Shown one piece after another: positions 48,639 through 59,031 of a stretch of 64,000 bases of DNA. The translations under genes and the position numbers were made by a program. Numbering within the stretch: the stretch's first letter is position 1; every line of letters begins with the position of its first letter. Location of the stretch: assembly GCA_050253415.1 (NCBI GenBank), contig JBFWJC010000002.1:96001-160000 (forward strand). Reading direction: 5' to 3'. A model generated the notes under the pieces. It was given only the letters and a program-made list of their open reading frames with translations. It was not told where the DNA came from and did no database searches. The DNA is from Pedobacter sp. Lineage in GTDB: Bacteria; Desulfobacterota; Desulfuromonadia; Desulfuromonadales; Syntrophotaleaceae.

Positions 48639-49382
48639 TCAATCGTTGCGGCATTCGGGGAGCTGTCTTATGAATTGCAGCAGATCGTCGTGGTTGCCAC
48701 GATAGGTAGCCTGGTCGGCAAGTTGGTCATGATCGATCAGGCGCGTATCGACAAGATAGGTGGCGATACCCGCATGATGGGCCGGCAGATCGTACTGGGT
48801 ATCGTTGCCGATCATGATCACCTGCTCCGGTTCGAGATCCAGTCTGGCGAGGATATCGAGAAAAAAATACCGATTCGGTTTACAATAATGGCTGTTTTCG
48901 TAGCTGCTGATATGATGATAGGGGAAATCTGACAATCCGGCGCTGCGCAGACGGGCGTCGATAGCCGGTCGGGGAAAAACCGGATTGGTTGCCAGCGCGA
49001 CCTTCAGATTTTTGTCGAAGCAGGTTTGCAGGATTGCGCGCGATTGAGGGAAGGGTTTCACCAGGTGTGCCAGGGCGGCCAACCCCTCTTTGTAGAAATG
49101 TTGCAGACGTTGATGGAGCTGATGCTTACCGATACCGAGTTGCCGGGCTACCATGGAGAGAAAAAATTGTTCGTTGGTCTGTTCGCCGTCGCGGTTGGAA
49201 AACAGGGCATAGGCTGAACTGATCAGTACCTCGGCAAATACCATGCGGTCGGTAAGATCCTCGAAACAACGCGCCAGGCCATCAACATAACCACTGATAT
49301 AGGGCTCCATTTCGATGTCCAGCAGGGTGCCGTCCAGATCGAACAGGATGCCGTGTATAGGTTCGCAAACCGCAGGTTTCAT
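48639..49382 (-). CDS. HAD family hydrolase
   Basis: FDLDGTL, ATNP, KP and MIGND motifs. Confidence 0.9.
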   Translation of the reverse strand: MKPAVCEPIHGILFDLDGTLLDIEMEPYISGYVDGLARCFEDLTDRMVFAEVLISSAYALFSNRDGEQTNEQFFLSMVARQLGIGKHQLHQRLQHFYKEGLAALAHLVKPFPQSRAILQTCFDKNLKVALATNPVFPRPAIDARLRSAGLSDFPYHHISSYENSHYCKPNRYFFLDILARLDLEPEQVIMIGNDTQYDLPAHHAGIATYLVDTRLIDHDQLADQATYRGNHDDLLQFIRQLPECRND

Positions 49383-49581
49383 GGATCACCATCATTGCCA
49401 GGGGGGGAGGTTGACTTATGTATGTTTGACCTTTCAGCCTTTAAATCACTAACATGTTTTTCAAGCATACCATACATGAGACGGTGTCTCGGCGAATCAG
49501 TCCATATCGTGACAAAGGCCTTGACTTGATACTGTACCCAAGGTAAAAAATCTAAGAAAAACAGTGAGGTAAACAAAATCG

Positions 49582-50175
49582 ATGTCCGATATACGTGAAG
49601 AAGTCAAAGACCTGCTCATCGGTCTTAAAATACGCCGTCTGCGCCAGGAACGGCGTATGACCCTGCAGAATCTGTCCGAAGCCACCGGTCTGTCCAAACC
49701 GCTGCTGTCACAAGTCGAAAACGAGCAGGTAATCCCCCCGCTGGCGACCCTGCTGCGCATCGCCAAGGCTCTCAAGGTCGGGTTGCATACCTTTTTCCAG
49801 GAGGAAGGCAGTGTCGAGAAGTGCCTGCTGGTGAGGGCCGGGGAGGGTGGCAGCCAGGATAGCCACAGCAGCCGCAGCCGGCGGCGGACCCCTTATGCCT
49901 ACCAGTCCCTCGGCTACGGCAAAAAACAGCGCAGCCTGGAGCCGTTTTTGATCGAATTCGATGTGCAGCCCTGGCGGGACGATCTGCTGGTCAGTCATGA
50001 AGGCGAGGAGTTTTTGTATATCCTCGAAGGCCAGGTGGAGTTTCACTACGGCGACGAGATTATGGCAGTGGGTCCGGGTGACTCGCTGTATTACGATTCC
50101 AACGAACCCCATGGGTATGTGGCGGTCGGGGACGTTCCGGCGCGGGCGGTGGCGGTCATCTATTCCCAGGAGTAA
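49582..50175 (+). CDS. XRE family HTH + cupin transcriptional regulator
   Basis: IRRLRQERRMTL..LSQVEN HTH; HEGEEF..PHGY cupin. Confidence 0.92.
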   Translation: MSDIREEVKDLLIGLKIRRLRQERRMTLQNLSEATGLSKPLLSQVENEQVIPPLATLLRIAKALKVGLHTFFQEEGSVEKCLLVRAGEGGSQDSHSSRSRRRTPYAYQSLGYGKKQRSLEPFLIEFDVQPWRDDLLVSHEGEEFLYILEGQVEFHYGDEIMAVGPGDSLYYDSNEPHGYVAVGDVPARAVAVIYSQE

Positions 50176-50338
50176 AGACCGCAGCTTGACAATCGCGATG
50201 CATTTTCTATGTTTGGATAAATATTCCAAATCCTAAATCGGGGTTGCTATCGGGTCCGAAAGTTTCCTTGGGCGATTTTGATAGCGATAGTGATGAAAGT
50301 AACCTGCAATACATCAGGTTCTGACAGGAGGTAACGGC

Positions 50339-50995
50339 ATGAAACGAATCGGCGTGATTCTATCCGGCTGCGGTGTCTATGACGGCAGCGAGATTCACGA
50401 GGCGGTCCTGGCGTTGCTGGCCATCGAGCGCGCCGGTGCCGAGGCCATATGCATGGCTCCCGATATACAGCAGATGCATGTCATCAACCATTTTAACGGT
50501 CAGACCGAAAGCGGCCAGCAGCGCAGCGTGCTGTCTGAATCGGCGCGTATCGCCCGTGGCAAGGTGGTCGATGTGGCCACCGTCAGTGTTCAGGATATCG
50601 ACGGTCTGGTGATCCCCGGCGGCTACGGCGCGGCCAAAAATCTTTGTGATTTTGCCGTCAAGGGTGCCGCATGCACGGTGCAGCCTGACGTTGAACAATT
50701 GATTAGGGATATGGTCGACAAGGGGAAGCCGGTGGCGGCCATCTGTATCGCCCCGGCCGTGCTGGCCAAGGCTCTGCAGGGCTATGCGCCGCGTTTGACC
50801 ATTGGCAATGATCCGGATACGGTGGCGGCGCTTACGGCCATGGGGGCGCAACACGTCGATTGTCCGGTCGACGATATCGTGGTGGATGAAAAGAACCGGT
50901 TGGTCAGTACGCCGGCCTATATGCTGGCCCAGGATATCGCCGAGGCGGCAACGGGCATCGAAAAAGCGGTGCAGCGGCTTCTGGCCATGATATGA
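50339..50995 (+). CDS. elbB: ElbB (ES1/DJ-1 family) glyoxalase
   Basis: LSGCGVYDGSEIHE, ARIARG, PGGYGAAKNL and STPAYM. Confidence 0.93.
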   Translation: MKRIGVILSGCGVYDGSEIHEAVLALLAIERAGAEAICMAPDIQQMHVINHFNGQTESGQQRSVLSESARIARGKVVDVATVSVQDIDGLVIPGGYGAAKNLCDFAVKGAACTVQPDVEQLIRDMVDKGKPVAAICIAPAVLAKALQGYAPRLTIGNDPDTVAALTAMGAQHVDCPVDDIVVDEKNRLVSTPAYMLAQDIAEAATGIEKAVQRLLAMI

Positions 50996-51020
50996 GCCGG
51001 CAGTGACGGATGAATGGAAT

Positions 51021-51059
51021 ACAACGGGGGCGGACATGATACATGTCCGCCCCCGTTGT
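51021..51059 (+). terminator. Terminator hairpin after elbB
   Basis: Perfect 18-bp stem acaacgggggcggacatg/catgtccgcccccgttgt. Confidence 0.8.
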
Positions 51060-51271
51060 TGTTGTGTCGTCTTTTTCATCGGGTATGCTTGATGAAACGG
51101 CAAGATGTTGCTCAACTACTGTGAGGGTTGCGTCGGTGACCCTATGCCGATCATGTTTGCCTCGGCAAACATGATATTTTTGGCAAGACCCGAAGAGCTT
51201 GGTGTTTTGCGCGACTATCCTGCCTGAAACCCGGAAACGGTTTTTATCTCATGTTGTGAGGAGTGTGCCCA

Positions 51272-54200
51272 ATGAACGCAGCCGGTTCTGAAAGTTTTCC
51301 GACCACCTTCGAGGAGCGCGATGCGTGCGCAATCATCGGATTTTTTAAAAAGCACGGCCAACCGACCCATGGAAATCTGCAACGGACCATCGAGGCCCTC
51401 ATAAAAATGGGTCATCGCGCCGGTGGTGTCGGCGGCGAGGGCGACGGTTGCGGGGTGTTGACCGATATCCCCAGGCTGTTGTGGCGAGAGGTGTTGGCGC
51501 AGGCCGATTATGCACAGGACCTGGCCGAGGCGCCCGAATTTGCCGTCGGCCACCTGATGCTGCCGCGCAACCTGCCGGCGGCGGAGCTGACGGCTCTGCA
51601 AACCAGGATCCTCGACCTGTTTACGGCACGCGGTTGCCGGGTGCTGATGCACCGTCCCGCCCCGGTGCGCAGCGAGATCCTGTCGGCCAGTGCCCGCGCC
51701 ACCGAGCCGCTGGTCTGGCAGTTGGCGCTGACGGTTCCCGATGCCGAAACCGGGCCGGCGCTGTTGTATGGCCTGCATGTCGCCCTCGAAGGCGAACTGC
51801 AGGTGCAGGTCGCGTCGCTGTCCCAGCGAACCGCCGCTTATAAGGTACATGGCGCTCCGGAGATGCTGGCGCGTTACTATCCCGATCTGAAGCGGCGTGA
51901 CTTTCTGTCTGCGGTGACCATCGGCCACAGCCGTTTTTCCACCAATACTCTGCCCACGGTGTTGCGGGCCCAACCGTTCAGCCTGCTGGGGCATAACGGT
52001 GAAATCAATACCATCGAACGCCTGCGGGAGGAAGCACGCCTGCTCGGCATCGCCCTGCCGGCCGGCGGCAGTGATTCCCAGGATCTCAACCGGCTCCTCG
52101 AAGGGCTCATGCATGGATATGGTTTGACCCTGTTCGAAGCGATGGAAATGGTTTTTCCGCCCATTTTCAGCGAGATGCCCCAGCTGTCGGAGGCGCAGCG
52201 TCAGTTGTTCGGGTTTTTCCGGCGGTTTTTCCCCGCCAGTGCCCAGGGGCCGGCCGCCGTCATCGCCCGAAGTGGCGAACAGGTGGTCTGCAGTGTGGAT
52301 GCCATGGGGCTGCGGCCGCTGTGGTTCGGTGAAACGGAACGGGAATATTTTGTGTCCTCTGAAGTCGGGGTGGTGCCCATGGAGGAAATCCTTTCCGACC
52401 CCAAACCGTTGGCGCCGGGAGAAAAAGTCGGCATGCGCATCCCCCTGCTCCAGGCGGTGGATGTATTAAACAATCAGCAGGTGCGCGATGAGGTGCTGCG
52501 CAGCTTCCAGCGACGCACCGCGTTGTCCTCCCAGGCGCGCATGGTGACGCCTGCCCGCAGTCTGAATGATCGTCGCCCCGCAGCAGCTTCGGTGTTTACC
52601 CGCAGTCGTCATCTGATGCGCGACAACCTGCTGTCGGCCTGCGCCTGGAAAAACAGCGATCTGCGCAGCCTCAAGGAGATGGCTTCCGCCGGCCGCGATC
52701 CGATTGCCTCGCTCGGCTATGATGGTCCGCTGGCTGCGCTGGCGGTCACCCGTCAGAATCTGGCCGATTATCTCAAGGAACAGGTGGCGGTGGTCACCAA
52801 CCCGGCCATCGATCGTGAACGCGAGGCGGAACATTTTAGCACCAGGGTGTTTATGGGGGGCTGTCCGACGCTGAAAGGCCGCCGGCGCAAGGCGGTGGAG
52901 CTTGCGGTTCCGTTGCTGCTCGGGGGCCGCCGCCTGGGACCGGAGAATCAGGACGATGAGGTTGCGGCGGATCACGGCACCACCAGCCTGGAACGTCTGC
53001 TCGGGCATTTCGGTGGCGGGCGGCATCGATTCCGTCGGCTGTCTTGTACCCTGCGGAGCCAGGAAACTGTGTCGGAAGCTCTGGAACGGCTCGGTAATGA
53101 GGCGGCCTCGGCTGTCGCGCAAGGTGCGGTATTGCTGTTGCTCGATGACAGTCAAGGCTTCAGCCCAGGGCATGGTTTTCTCGATCCGTTGCTGGTGGTA
53201 GCCTGGTTGCAGAGCCATCTTATCGACCAGTTGGATGAGCATGGCGAGTGCCTGCGCCGCAGTTGTTCACTGGTGCTGCGTTCAGGAGCCTTGCGCAACC
53301 TGCACGATCTGATCTGTGCCCTGGGTATGGGCGCCGACGCCGTTTGTCCCTATCTCATGTGGGAATTGGCCGACGAACATCTGGGCGGCCTGGCGCGGCT
53401 GGTCGATGTGCTGGGCAAAGGGCTGGAAAAAGTCATGTCGACCATGGGTATCCACGAGATCGGTGGCTACGGGCGGCATTTTGCGGCCATCGGGCTGGCA
53501 CCGGAAGTTGCCGATCTGCTGGGCATCCCCAATTACTGCGGCTCCGCTCAAGGCGGTCTGACCCTGGAGCGGATTGGCGTCGATGGTTGGGAGCGCGGTA
53601 ACGTCGCCCGCAGCCGGCGGCAACAGCCGGTGGCGGAACAGTTCCGGCTTTATCCGCGGATCTGGAAGACCGTCGCGGCGGTGGCCAAGATGGAGGAAAA
53701 TTACGACGAACTGTCGCGCTTGATCCGACGTTTCAAGGATGAACATCCCCTGGCGATCCGCCATCTGCTCGATTTTTCCATCCCCAGTGAGCTGACCGTC
53801 GATCCCCGTGAAGTCGACGCTTCGGTCGGCAGTCACGACCTGCCCATCATCATTTCAGCCATGAGTTTCGGCTCTCAGGGGGAGACGGCCTTTCGCATCT
53901 ACGCCGAAGCTGCCCAGCGGCTTAATATCGTCTGTATGAATGGCGAAGGGGGCGAGATCCCCGACATGCTGGGCAAGTACCGACGCAATCGCGGTCAACA
54001 GCTGGCTTCCGGTCGTTTCGGCGTGCACATGGACCTGCTCAATTCCGCCGATATTCTCGAGATCAAGGTCGGGCAGGGTGCCAAGCCGGGAGAAGGGGGG
54101 CATCTGCCCGGCTTCAAGGTGACCGATAAAATTGCGGAGGCCCGCAACGCAGCGCCGGGGGTGACGCTTATCTCGCCATCCAACAATCATGATATTTATT

Positions 54201-55813
54201 CCATCGAGGATCTGGCCCAGATTATCGAGGAACTGCGTACCGCCAATCCGCGCGCCCGCATCTCCATCAAGGTGCCGGCCGTGGCCGGAATCGGCACCAT
54301 CGCCATGGGCATCGCCAAGGCAGGGGCCGATATTATTACCATCAGCGGCTACGACGGCGGAACCGGCGCGGCTCGCCGGCATGCCATCAAGTTTGTCGGC
54401 ATGCCCGCCGAAATCGGGGTACGGGAGGCCCACCGCGCCCTGGCCGAGTCGGGATTGCGGCACAAGGTTGAAATCTGGGCCGACGGCGGCATGCACAGTG
54501 GTCGCGACGTGGTAAAGATGATTCTGCTGGGGGCCAACCGGGTCGGTTTCGGAACCTTGCCGATGGTGGTCATCGGCTGCACCGCCTGTCGCAGTTGTCA
54601 TCTCGGGACGTGCCATGTCGGCATCGCCACCCAGATCGAAACCGTTGAAGAGGCCCACGCCAAAGGGCTCAAGCGGTTTGTGCCGCGGGTGCTGGAAAAC
54701 GGCATCATATACGAAACAACCTTCTTCCGGGCGTTGGGCGAGGAAATCCGCAATCTGACCGCCCGCCTCGGCTTCCGGCGCACCCAGGACATGGTGGGCA
54801 AGGCCGATTTGCTGGTGCAGAAGCGCAGTCACGATCAACTCGATCTGAGCGGCCTGCTGGCGCCTGTGCCACTCGCGAAAATGCCGCGTTCGGCCGCCGA
54901 TGTACGCATCATCCGCAAACCTCTCAATTACCTCACCTCGCTGATTTCCAGCCTGGTGACCGAATCCTTCGACGGTCCGGAAAGTCGTATCCGCTACGAG
55001 GACCACAGCGCTTCCAGCAGTGACCGGGCCATAGGCACCTACCTGGCCGGGACCATGACCCGCGACCGGGCCGAGGGGCGGCCGGGGGAGGATAAACAGG
55101 TGCTGTTGCATTTCCGGCGCAATGCCATCCCCGGTAACGGACTGGCGGCGTTCAATATCCCGCGTATCAACCTGCGCATCGAAGGCAGCGCACAGGACGG
55201 CGTCGGCAAGGGGGCCCGAGGCGGCAAGATCGTGGTCCTCAAGGGGGAAAATCGCCATGGCCAAAGGGTCGGCGGCGCGGTTGGCAAAGGATTGGCATAC
55301 GGTGCCCAGGGTGGGCTGTTCCTGATCCAGGGGGATGCCGACAGCCGTGCGTGCGTGCGCCTGTCGGGCGCCGAGGTGGTCATCGGCGGCCGCCTGCGCG
55401 GGCCTCTCGACGATGCCTCCGGCAACCTGGCAGGGCAGGCCAATATCAAGGGCTTTGCCTTTGAATACATGACAGCCGGTCACGCCGTGGTGCTGGGCGA
55501 TCCGGGTCCCTGGCTGTGTTCCGGCATGACCGGCGGCAGTATCTATTGTCACCTGGATGAAAGCTTGGGGATGAACCGCGAAGCGCTCAAGCGGCGGTTG
55601 GCCAAAGGCGCACAGGTCGATCTGTACGATCTGGATGCGGACGATATCGAGGTCCTGCGCCGGTTGCTGAGCGCTTATCATCGCGAGTTGCTCTATTCCC
55701 ACCAGGACGAAGAGGCCGCCTGGGTGGCCCTTGCCAAGGAGGAGTGTCGTTCACGGTTTGTGCGCATATCGCCGGTCGGTATGGTGGTCGCAGTGCCGGT
55801 GTCGACGGAATAA
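51272..55813 (+). CDS. gltB: Glutamate synthase large subunit-like protein
   Basis: ERDAC N-terminal Cys, HSRFSTNT, HNGEINT, QVAVVTNPAID, GQGAKPGEGGHLPG, CxxCxxC Fe-S loop, FEYMTAG; start at 51263 (GTG) or 51272 (ATG). Confidence 0.9.
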   Translation: MNAAGSESFPTTFEERDACAIIGFFKKHGQPTHGNLQRTIEALIKMGHRAGGVGGEGDGCGVLTDIPRLLWREVLAQADYAQDLAEAPEFAVGHLMLPRNLPAAELTALQTRILDLFTARGCRVLMHRPAPVRSEILSASARATEPLVWQLALTVPDAETGPALLYGLHVALEGELQVQVASLSQRTAAYKVHGAPEMLARYYPDLKRRDFLSAVTIGHSRFSTNTLPTVLRAQPFSLLGHNGEINTIERLREEARLLGIALPAGGSDSQDLNRLLEGLMHGYGLTLFEAMEMVFPPIFSEMPQLSEAQRQLFGFFRRFFPASAQGPAAVIARSGEQVVCSVDAMGLRPLWFGETEREYFVSSEVGVVPMEEILSDPKPLAPGEKVGMRIPLLQAVDVLNNQQVRDEVLRSFQRRTALSSQARMVTPARSLNDRRPAAASVFTRSRHLMRDNLLSACAWKNSDLRSLKEMASAGRDPIASLGYDGPLAALAVTRQNLADYLKEQVAVVTNPAIDREREAEHFSTRVFMGGCPTLKGRRRKAVELAVPLLLGGRRLGPENQDDEVAADHGTTSLERLLGHFGGGRHRFRRLSCTLRSQETVSEALERLGNEAASAVAQGAVLLLLDDSQGFSPGHGFLDPLLVVAWLQSHLIDQLDEHGECLRRSCSLVLRSGALRNLHDLICALGMGADAVCPYLMWELADEHLGGLARLVDVLGKGLEKVMSTMGIHEIGGYGRHFAAIGLAPEVADLLGIPNYCGSAQGGLTLERIGVDGWERGNVARSRRQQPVAEQFRLYPRIWKTVAAVAKMEENYDELSRLIRRFKDEHPLAIRHLLDFSIPSELTVDPREVDASVGSHDLPIIISAMSFGSQGETAFRIYAEAAQRLNIVCMNGEGGEIPDMLGKYRRNRGQQLASGRFGVHMDLLNSADILEIKVGQGAKPGEGGHLPGFKVTDKIAEARNAAPGVTLISPSNNHDIYSIEDLAQIIEELRTANPRARISIKVPAVAGIGTIAMGIAKAGADIITISGYDGGTGAARRHAIKFVGMPAEIGVREAHRALAESGLRHKVEIWADGGMHSGRDVVKMILLGANRVGFGTLPMVVIGCTACRSCHLGTCHVGIATQIETVEEAHAKGLKRFVPRVLENGIIYETTFFRALGEEIRNLTARLGFRRTQDMVGKADLLVQKRSHDQLDLSGLLAPVPLAKMPRSAADVRIIRKPLNYLTSLISSLVTESFDGPESRIRYEDHSASSSDRAIGTYLAGTMTRDRAEGRPGEDKQVLLHFRRNAIPGNGLAAFNIPRINLRIEGSAQDGVGKGARGGKIVVLKGENRHGQRVGGAVGKGLAYGAQGGLFLIQGDADSRACVRLSGAEVVIGGRLRGPLDDASGNLAGQANIKGFAFEYMTAGHAVVLGDPGPWLCSGMTGGSIYCHLDESLGMNREALKRRLAKGAQVDLYDLDADDIEVLRRLLSAYHRELLYSHQDEEAAWVALAKEECRSRFVRISPVGMVVAVPVSTE

Positions 55814-55823
55814 GGTTAAAACA

Positions 55824-55985
55824 GTGACTGGTAATTAGTGACTGGTGACTGGTGAATGGTGAATGGTGAATGGTGAATGGTGAATGGTGAATGGTGAATG
55901 GTGAATGGTGAATGGTGAATGGTGAATGGTGAATGGTTCGGTTTTTGCTAATTACTAATCACTAATCACCTGTCACCCATCACCG
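55824..55985. repeat. Heptamer repeat hairpin with an expanded (GTGAATG)x12 tract
   Basis: GTGACTG/GTAATTA units, then 12 GTGAATG copies (55852-55935), then the inverted arm ctaattactaatcactaatcac. Confidence 0.93.
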
Positions 55986-56024
55986 CCTTTATGCTTTTGC
56001 AGTAACGGATGGAGGAATGGTCCT

Positions 56025-57026
56025 ATGCCCGTACGCGAAGATATCCACGATCAGATTATCCTTGGTTCCGGACCGGCCGGTTATACGGCCGCCATCTATA
56101 CCGCGCGCAGCAATTGCTGTCCGCTGCTGATTTCCGGCCTGGAGCCGGGCGGCCAGCTGACCGGAACCACCCTGGTGGAGAACTTCCCCGGTTTTCCCGA
56201 TGGGGTTGATGGGCCGGAATTGATGGAAGCGATGCGCAAGCAGGCTGAAAGGTTCGGTACGGTCTTCGCTTCCGGTGAAGTGAGCCGTGTCGATCTGTCC
56301 GAGCACCCCTATAAAATCTGGGTGGGGGATGAACTGTACCGTTGCCGTTCCCTGATCGTCTGTACCGGTGCTTCGCCGCGCATGCTCGGGCTGCCCAACG
56401 AAAAGGCACTGTACGGGCGTGGCGTATCGGTTTGCGCCACCTGCGACGGGTTTTTCTACCGGGGCAAGGAGGTGGTGGTGGTCGGCGGTGGCGATACCGC
56501 TTTGGAGGATGCGCTGTTTCTGGCCCGCTTTGCCACCAAGGTCACGGTGGTGCATCGGCGCAATGCCCTGCGGGCGAGCCCGCCGTTGCAGCAGCGGGCC
56601 AAGGAACATGCCAAGATCTCCTTCGTCTGGGACACGGTGGTTACGGCCATCCTTGGGGACCAGGATAAAGGGGTACATGGTGTGACCCTGCAGCACCTGC
56701 CGACCGGTAAAGAAGAGGATTACGCTTGCGACGGGATTTTCATCGCCATCGGACATGTGCCCAATACCGCCTTGTTCAAAGGGCAGCTTGATCTGGACGA
56801 CTGGGGCTATATCCTGACCCGCAACGGTACCGAAACCAACCTCCCCGGCGTATTTGCCGCCGGTGACGTGCAGGATCCCTTTTTCCGCCAGGCTATCAGC
56901 GCCGCCGGCACCGGTTGCATGGCCGCCATGCAGTCGCAGCGTTTTCTGGAATGCCTTGAAGACGCCGATTGCAAGAAGTGTCAGGCGCTGCAAAAGCGCC
57001 ACCTGGCTGACGAGGAGCCGAGCTGA
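56025..57026 (+). CDS. trxB: Thioredoxin reductase
   Basis: GSGPAGYTAA, VENFPG, CATCDG, VGGGDTA and FAAGDV. Confidence 0.95.
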   Translation: MPVREDIHDQIILGSGPAGYTAAIYTARSNCCPLLISGLEPGGQLTGTTLVENFPGFPDGVDGPELMEAMRKQAERFGTVFASGEVSRVDLSEHPYKIWVGDELYRCRSLIVCTGASPRMLGLPNEKALYGRGVSVCATCDGFFYRGKEVVVVGGGDTALEDALFLARFATKVTVVHRRNALRASPPLQQRAKEHAKISFVWDTVVTAILGDQDKGVHGVTLQHLPTGKEEDYACDGIFIAIGHVPNTALFKGQLDLDDWGYILTRNGTETNLPGVFAAGDVQDPFFRQAISAAGTGCMAAMQSQRFLECLEDADCKKCQALQKRHLADEEPS

Positions 57027-57156
57027 ATCCATGCTGGACTTTCGTGGCGGGGAGATTTAAGCTCGGCTAGTCACTAGTCACTAGTGACTAGTCACGGGGT
57101 AAAAAATTGTGGGTGCAATGCGTAACTAAATATCATTTTATTCGGGAGGGAAGCAC

Positions 57157-57522
57157 ATGGATATCACCAAAACCATCGCCCAGTTGAAGCAGGAACCGGG
57201 TTTCGCTGAAAATGTCGGCATGTTGCTGGTGCACAACGGAGTGGTACGCGGCTGGTCGCGGGGCGATGGCAAGACGGTGTCGGCCGTAACGGTCAAAGTG
57301 GATCACGCCAGGGTAGAGGCATTGCGGCAGGAATATGAAAAGAAACCGGGCATCTTCCGGGTGCTCATCGAGGCATGTGAAGGTACCCTGAAGCCCGGTG
57401 ATGATCTGTTATTCATCGTTGTGGCCGGGGCCTTGCGCGAGGATGTCAAACCGGTGCTGGCTGAAGTTCTCGATCGGGTCAAAGACGAAGCCGTGAGCAA
57501 GTCGGAAGCCAAAGTCGACTAG
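57157..57522 (+). CDS. MoaE-like molybdopterin synthase subunit
   Basis: GMLLVHNGVVR, GTLKPGDDL and DRVK motifs; GGGAGG RBS. Confidence 0.8.
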   Translation: MDITKTIAQLKQEPGFAENVGMLLVHNGVVRGWSRGDGKTVSAVTVKVDHARVEALRQEYEKKPGIFRVLIEACEGTLKPGDDLLFIVVAGALREDVKPVLAEVLDRVKDEAVSKSEAKVD

Positions 57523-57611
57523 ACCTTTAAGTGCTGTGATGCAGCCACAGCGGCTCAACTGGCGCTGTTTGAATAGCTCACGCAAAGTATTTAAAATCAA
57601 TTATAACCATT

Positions 57612-57722
57612 ATCACGCTCGTTCGCTTTGCTCACTTAAGCCGCAAAGACCGCAAAGGAGGCCAAGCCGGTTTTCTTAGTGTCTTTGCGGCTTGAACGAC
57701 TGAAAGGAGTGAGCGTGAGATG
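57612..57722. repeat. ~110-bp palindromic intergenic repeat, copy 2
   Basis: cacgctcgttcgctttgctcacttaagccgcaaag...cttgaacgactgaaaggagtgagcgtgagatg; lies between convergent genes. Confidence 0.85.
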
Positions 57723-57842
57723 GTTTTTATTGGGTGCGGCTATCCCGTGGTTTCAAGGTATTTGAAGTTGCAGCGGAGAAAAAGTATCTATCCCAGCAGC
57801 CGTTGTCAGGTATAAATTTTCTTCGGTTACTGCCTGCCGCCC

Positions 57843-59009
57843 CTACTCCAGCAATAATTCCTCCGGTTCTTCCACCAATTCCACCACCCGTTTTAAGAAG
57901 CTGACCGCTTCGTGTCCATCGATCAACCGGTGGTCGTAGCTCAACGCCAGGTACATCATCGGCCGGGCGACGATCTGATCCTCGCGTACCACCGCGCGTT
58001 GTTGGATGGCGTGCATGCCGAGGATAGCGCTTTGCGGCGGGTTTAACAGCGGGGTGCTGAGCAGGGAGCCGTATACCCCGCCGTTGCTGATGGAGAAGGT
58101 GCCACCCTGCAGGTCAGACAACGCCAGGCGATGCTTGCGGGCTTTGTCGGCCAGTTCGGCGATCCGTTTTTCTATATCGGCAAAGTGCAGCCGGTCGGCG
58201 TCCCGCAGCGGCGGAACCACCAGGCCCTGCTCGGTGGCCACGGCGATGCCGATATCGTAGAAATCCTGGTAGACGATAGCGTCTTCTTCCATCCGGGCGT
58301 TGATGATGGGGAATTCGCGTAAGGCCTCTACGCACGCTTTAACGAAGAACGACATCAGTCCCAGCTTGATCCCATGCCTCTCTAAAAACCGCTCCCCATG
58401 ATGAGTGCGTAATTCCATAACCCGAGACAGGTCCGCTTCGTTGAAGCTGGTGGCCATGGCGGTTTGCTGGCGAGCCTCAAGCAGTCGTCTGGCTATGGTC
58501 TGACGCAGGGGGGAAAGCGGTTCGCGCCTGCTCAGACGCTCTTCTGAGGCCTGTTGGGCATGGGTGTTCTCCGCGGGGGGGAACGGTGCGCCGGGCTGGG
58601 GCGGCGCACTATCGGCCGGCTGCGTCTCTTTGCGAGGGGGTGCTGTCGGCTTGGTATCCGATCCTTCGTCTTCAGGAGCCGGGGGCGCGGTCTGCATTTC
58701 GACCGGCTTGGTTTTGCCGGGTTCAGAAGTCTTTTGTGCAGGGACCTCCTCTGCGGGCGCGACTTCCTGCACATTGTCGGCGGTTTCCTCCAGGTTGGCG
58801 ATGATCGTTCCGACCGGTACGGTTTCGCCTTCCTCGATGAGGATGCTGATAGTTCCGTCTTTTTCAGCGAATAACTCCAGAGTGATCTTGTCCGTTTCCA
58901 GTTCGCATAAAAGATCGTCCTTGCTAACCGGTGCGCCGTTCTGGCAGTGCCATTTGGCCAGTTTGGCTTCGATGATCGATTCGCCGATTTCGGGGATACG
59001 GATTTCCAT
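57843..59009 (-). CDS. sucB: 2-oxoglutarate dehydrogenase E2 (dihydrolipoamide succinyltransferase)
   Basis: Lipoyl domain [24 protein letters not shown]; start set at MEIRIPE. Confidence 0.93.
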   Translation of the reverse strand: MEIRIPEIGESIIEAKLAKWHCQNGAPVSKDDLLCELETDKITLELFAEKDGTISILIEEGETVPVGTIIANLEETADNVQEVAPAEEVPAQKTSEPGKTKPVEMQTAPPAPEDEGSDTKPTAPPRKETQPADSAPPQPGAPFPPAENTHAQQASEERLSRREPLSPLRQTIARRLLEARQQTAMATSFNEADLSRVMELRTHHGERFLERHGIKLGLMSFFVKACVEALREFPIINARMEEDAIVYQDFYDIGIAVATEQGLVVPPLRDADRLHFADIEKRIAELADKARKHRLALSDLQGGTFSISNGGVYGSLLSTPLLNPPQSAILGMHAIQQRAVVREDQIVARPMMYLALSYDHRLIDGHEAVSFLKRVVELVEEPEELLLE

Positions 59010-59031
59010 ACAGTTTTCCTCGCGTAGGTGT

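Noticed and set aside
54587..54601. CxxCH heme c motif in gltB (CRSCH)
   Set aside because: Part of the Fe-S binding Cys loop of a cytoplasmic glutamate synthase.
53855..55702. Long antisense ORFs (also 42482-43981, 319-1482, 33816-34889, 55989-57032)
   Set aside because: Shadow frames of well-supported GC-rich genes, with no recognisable motifs.
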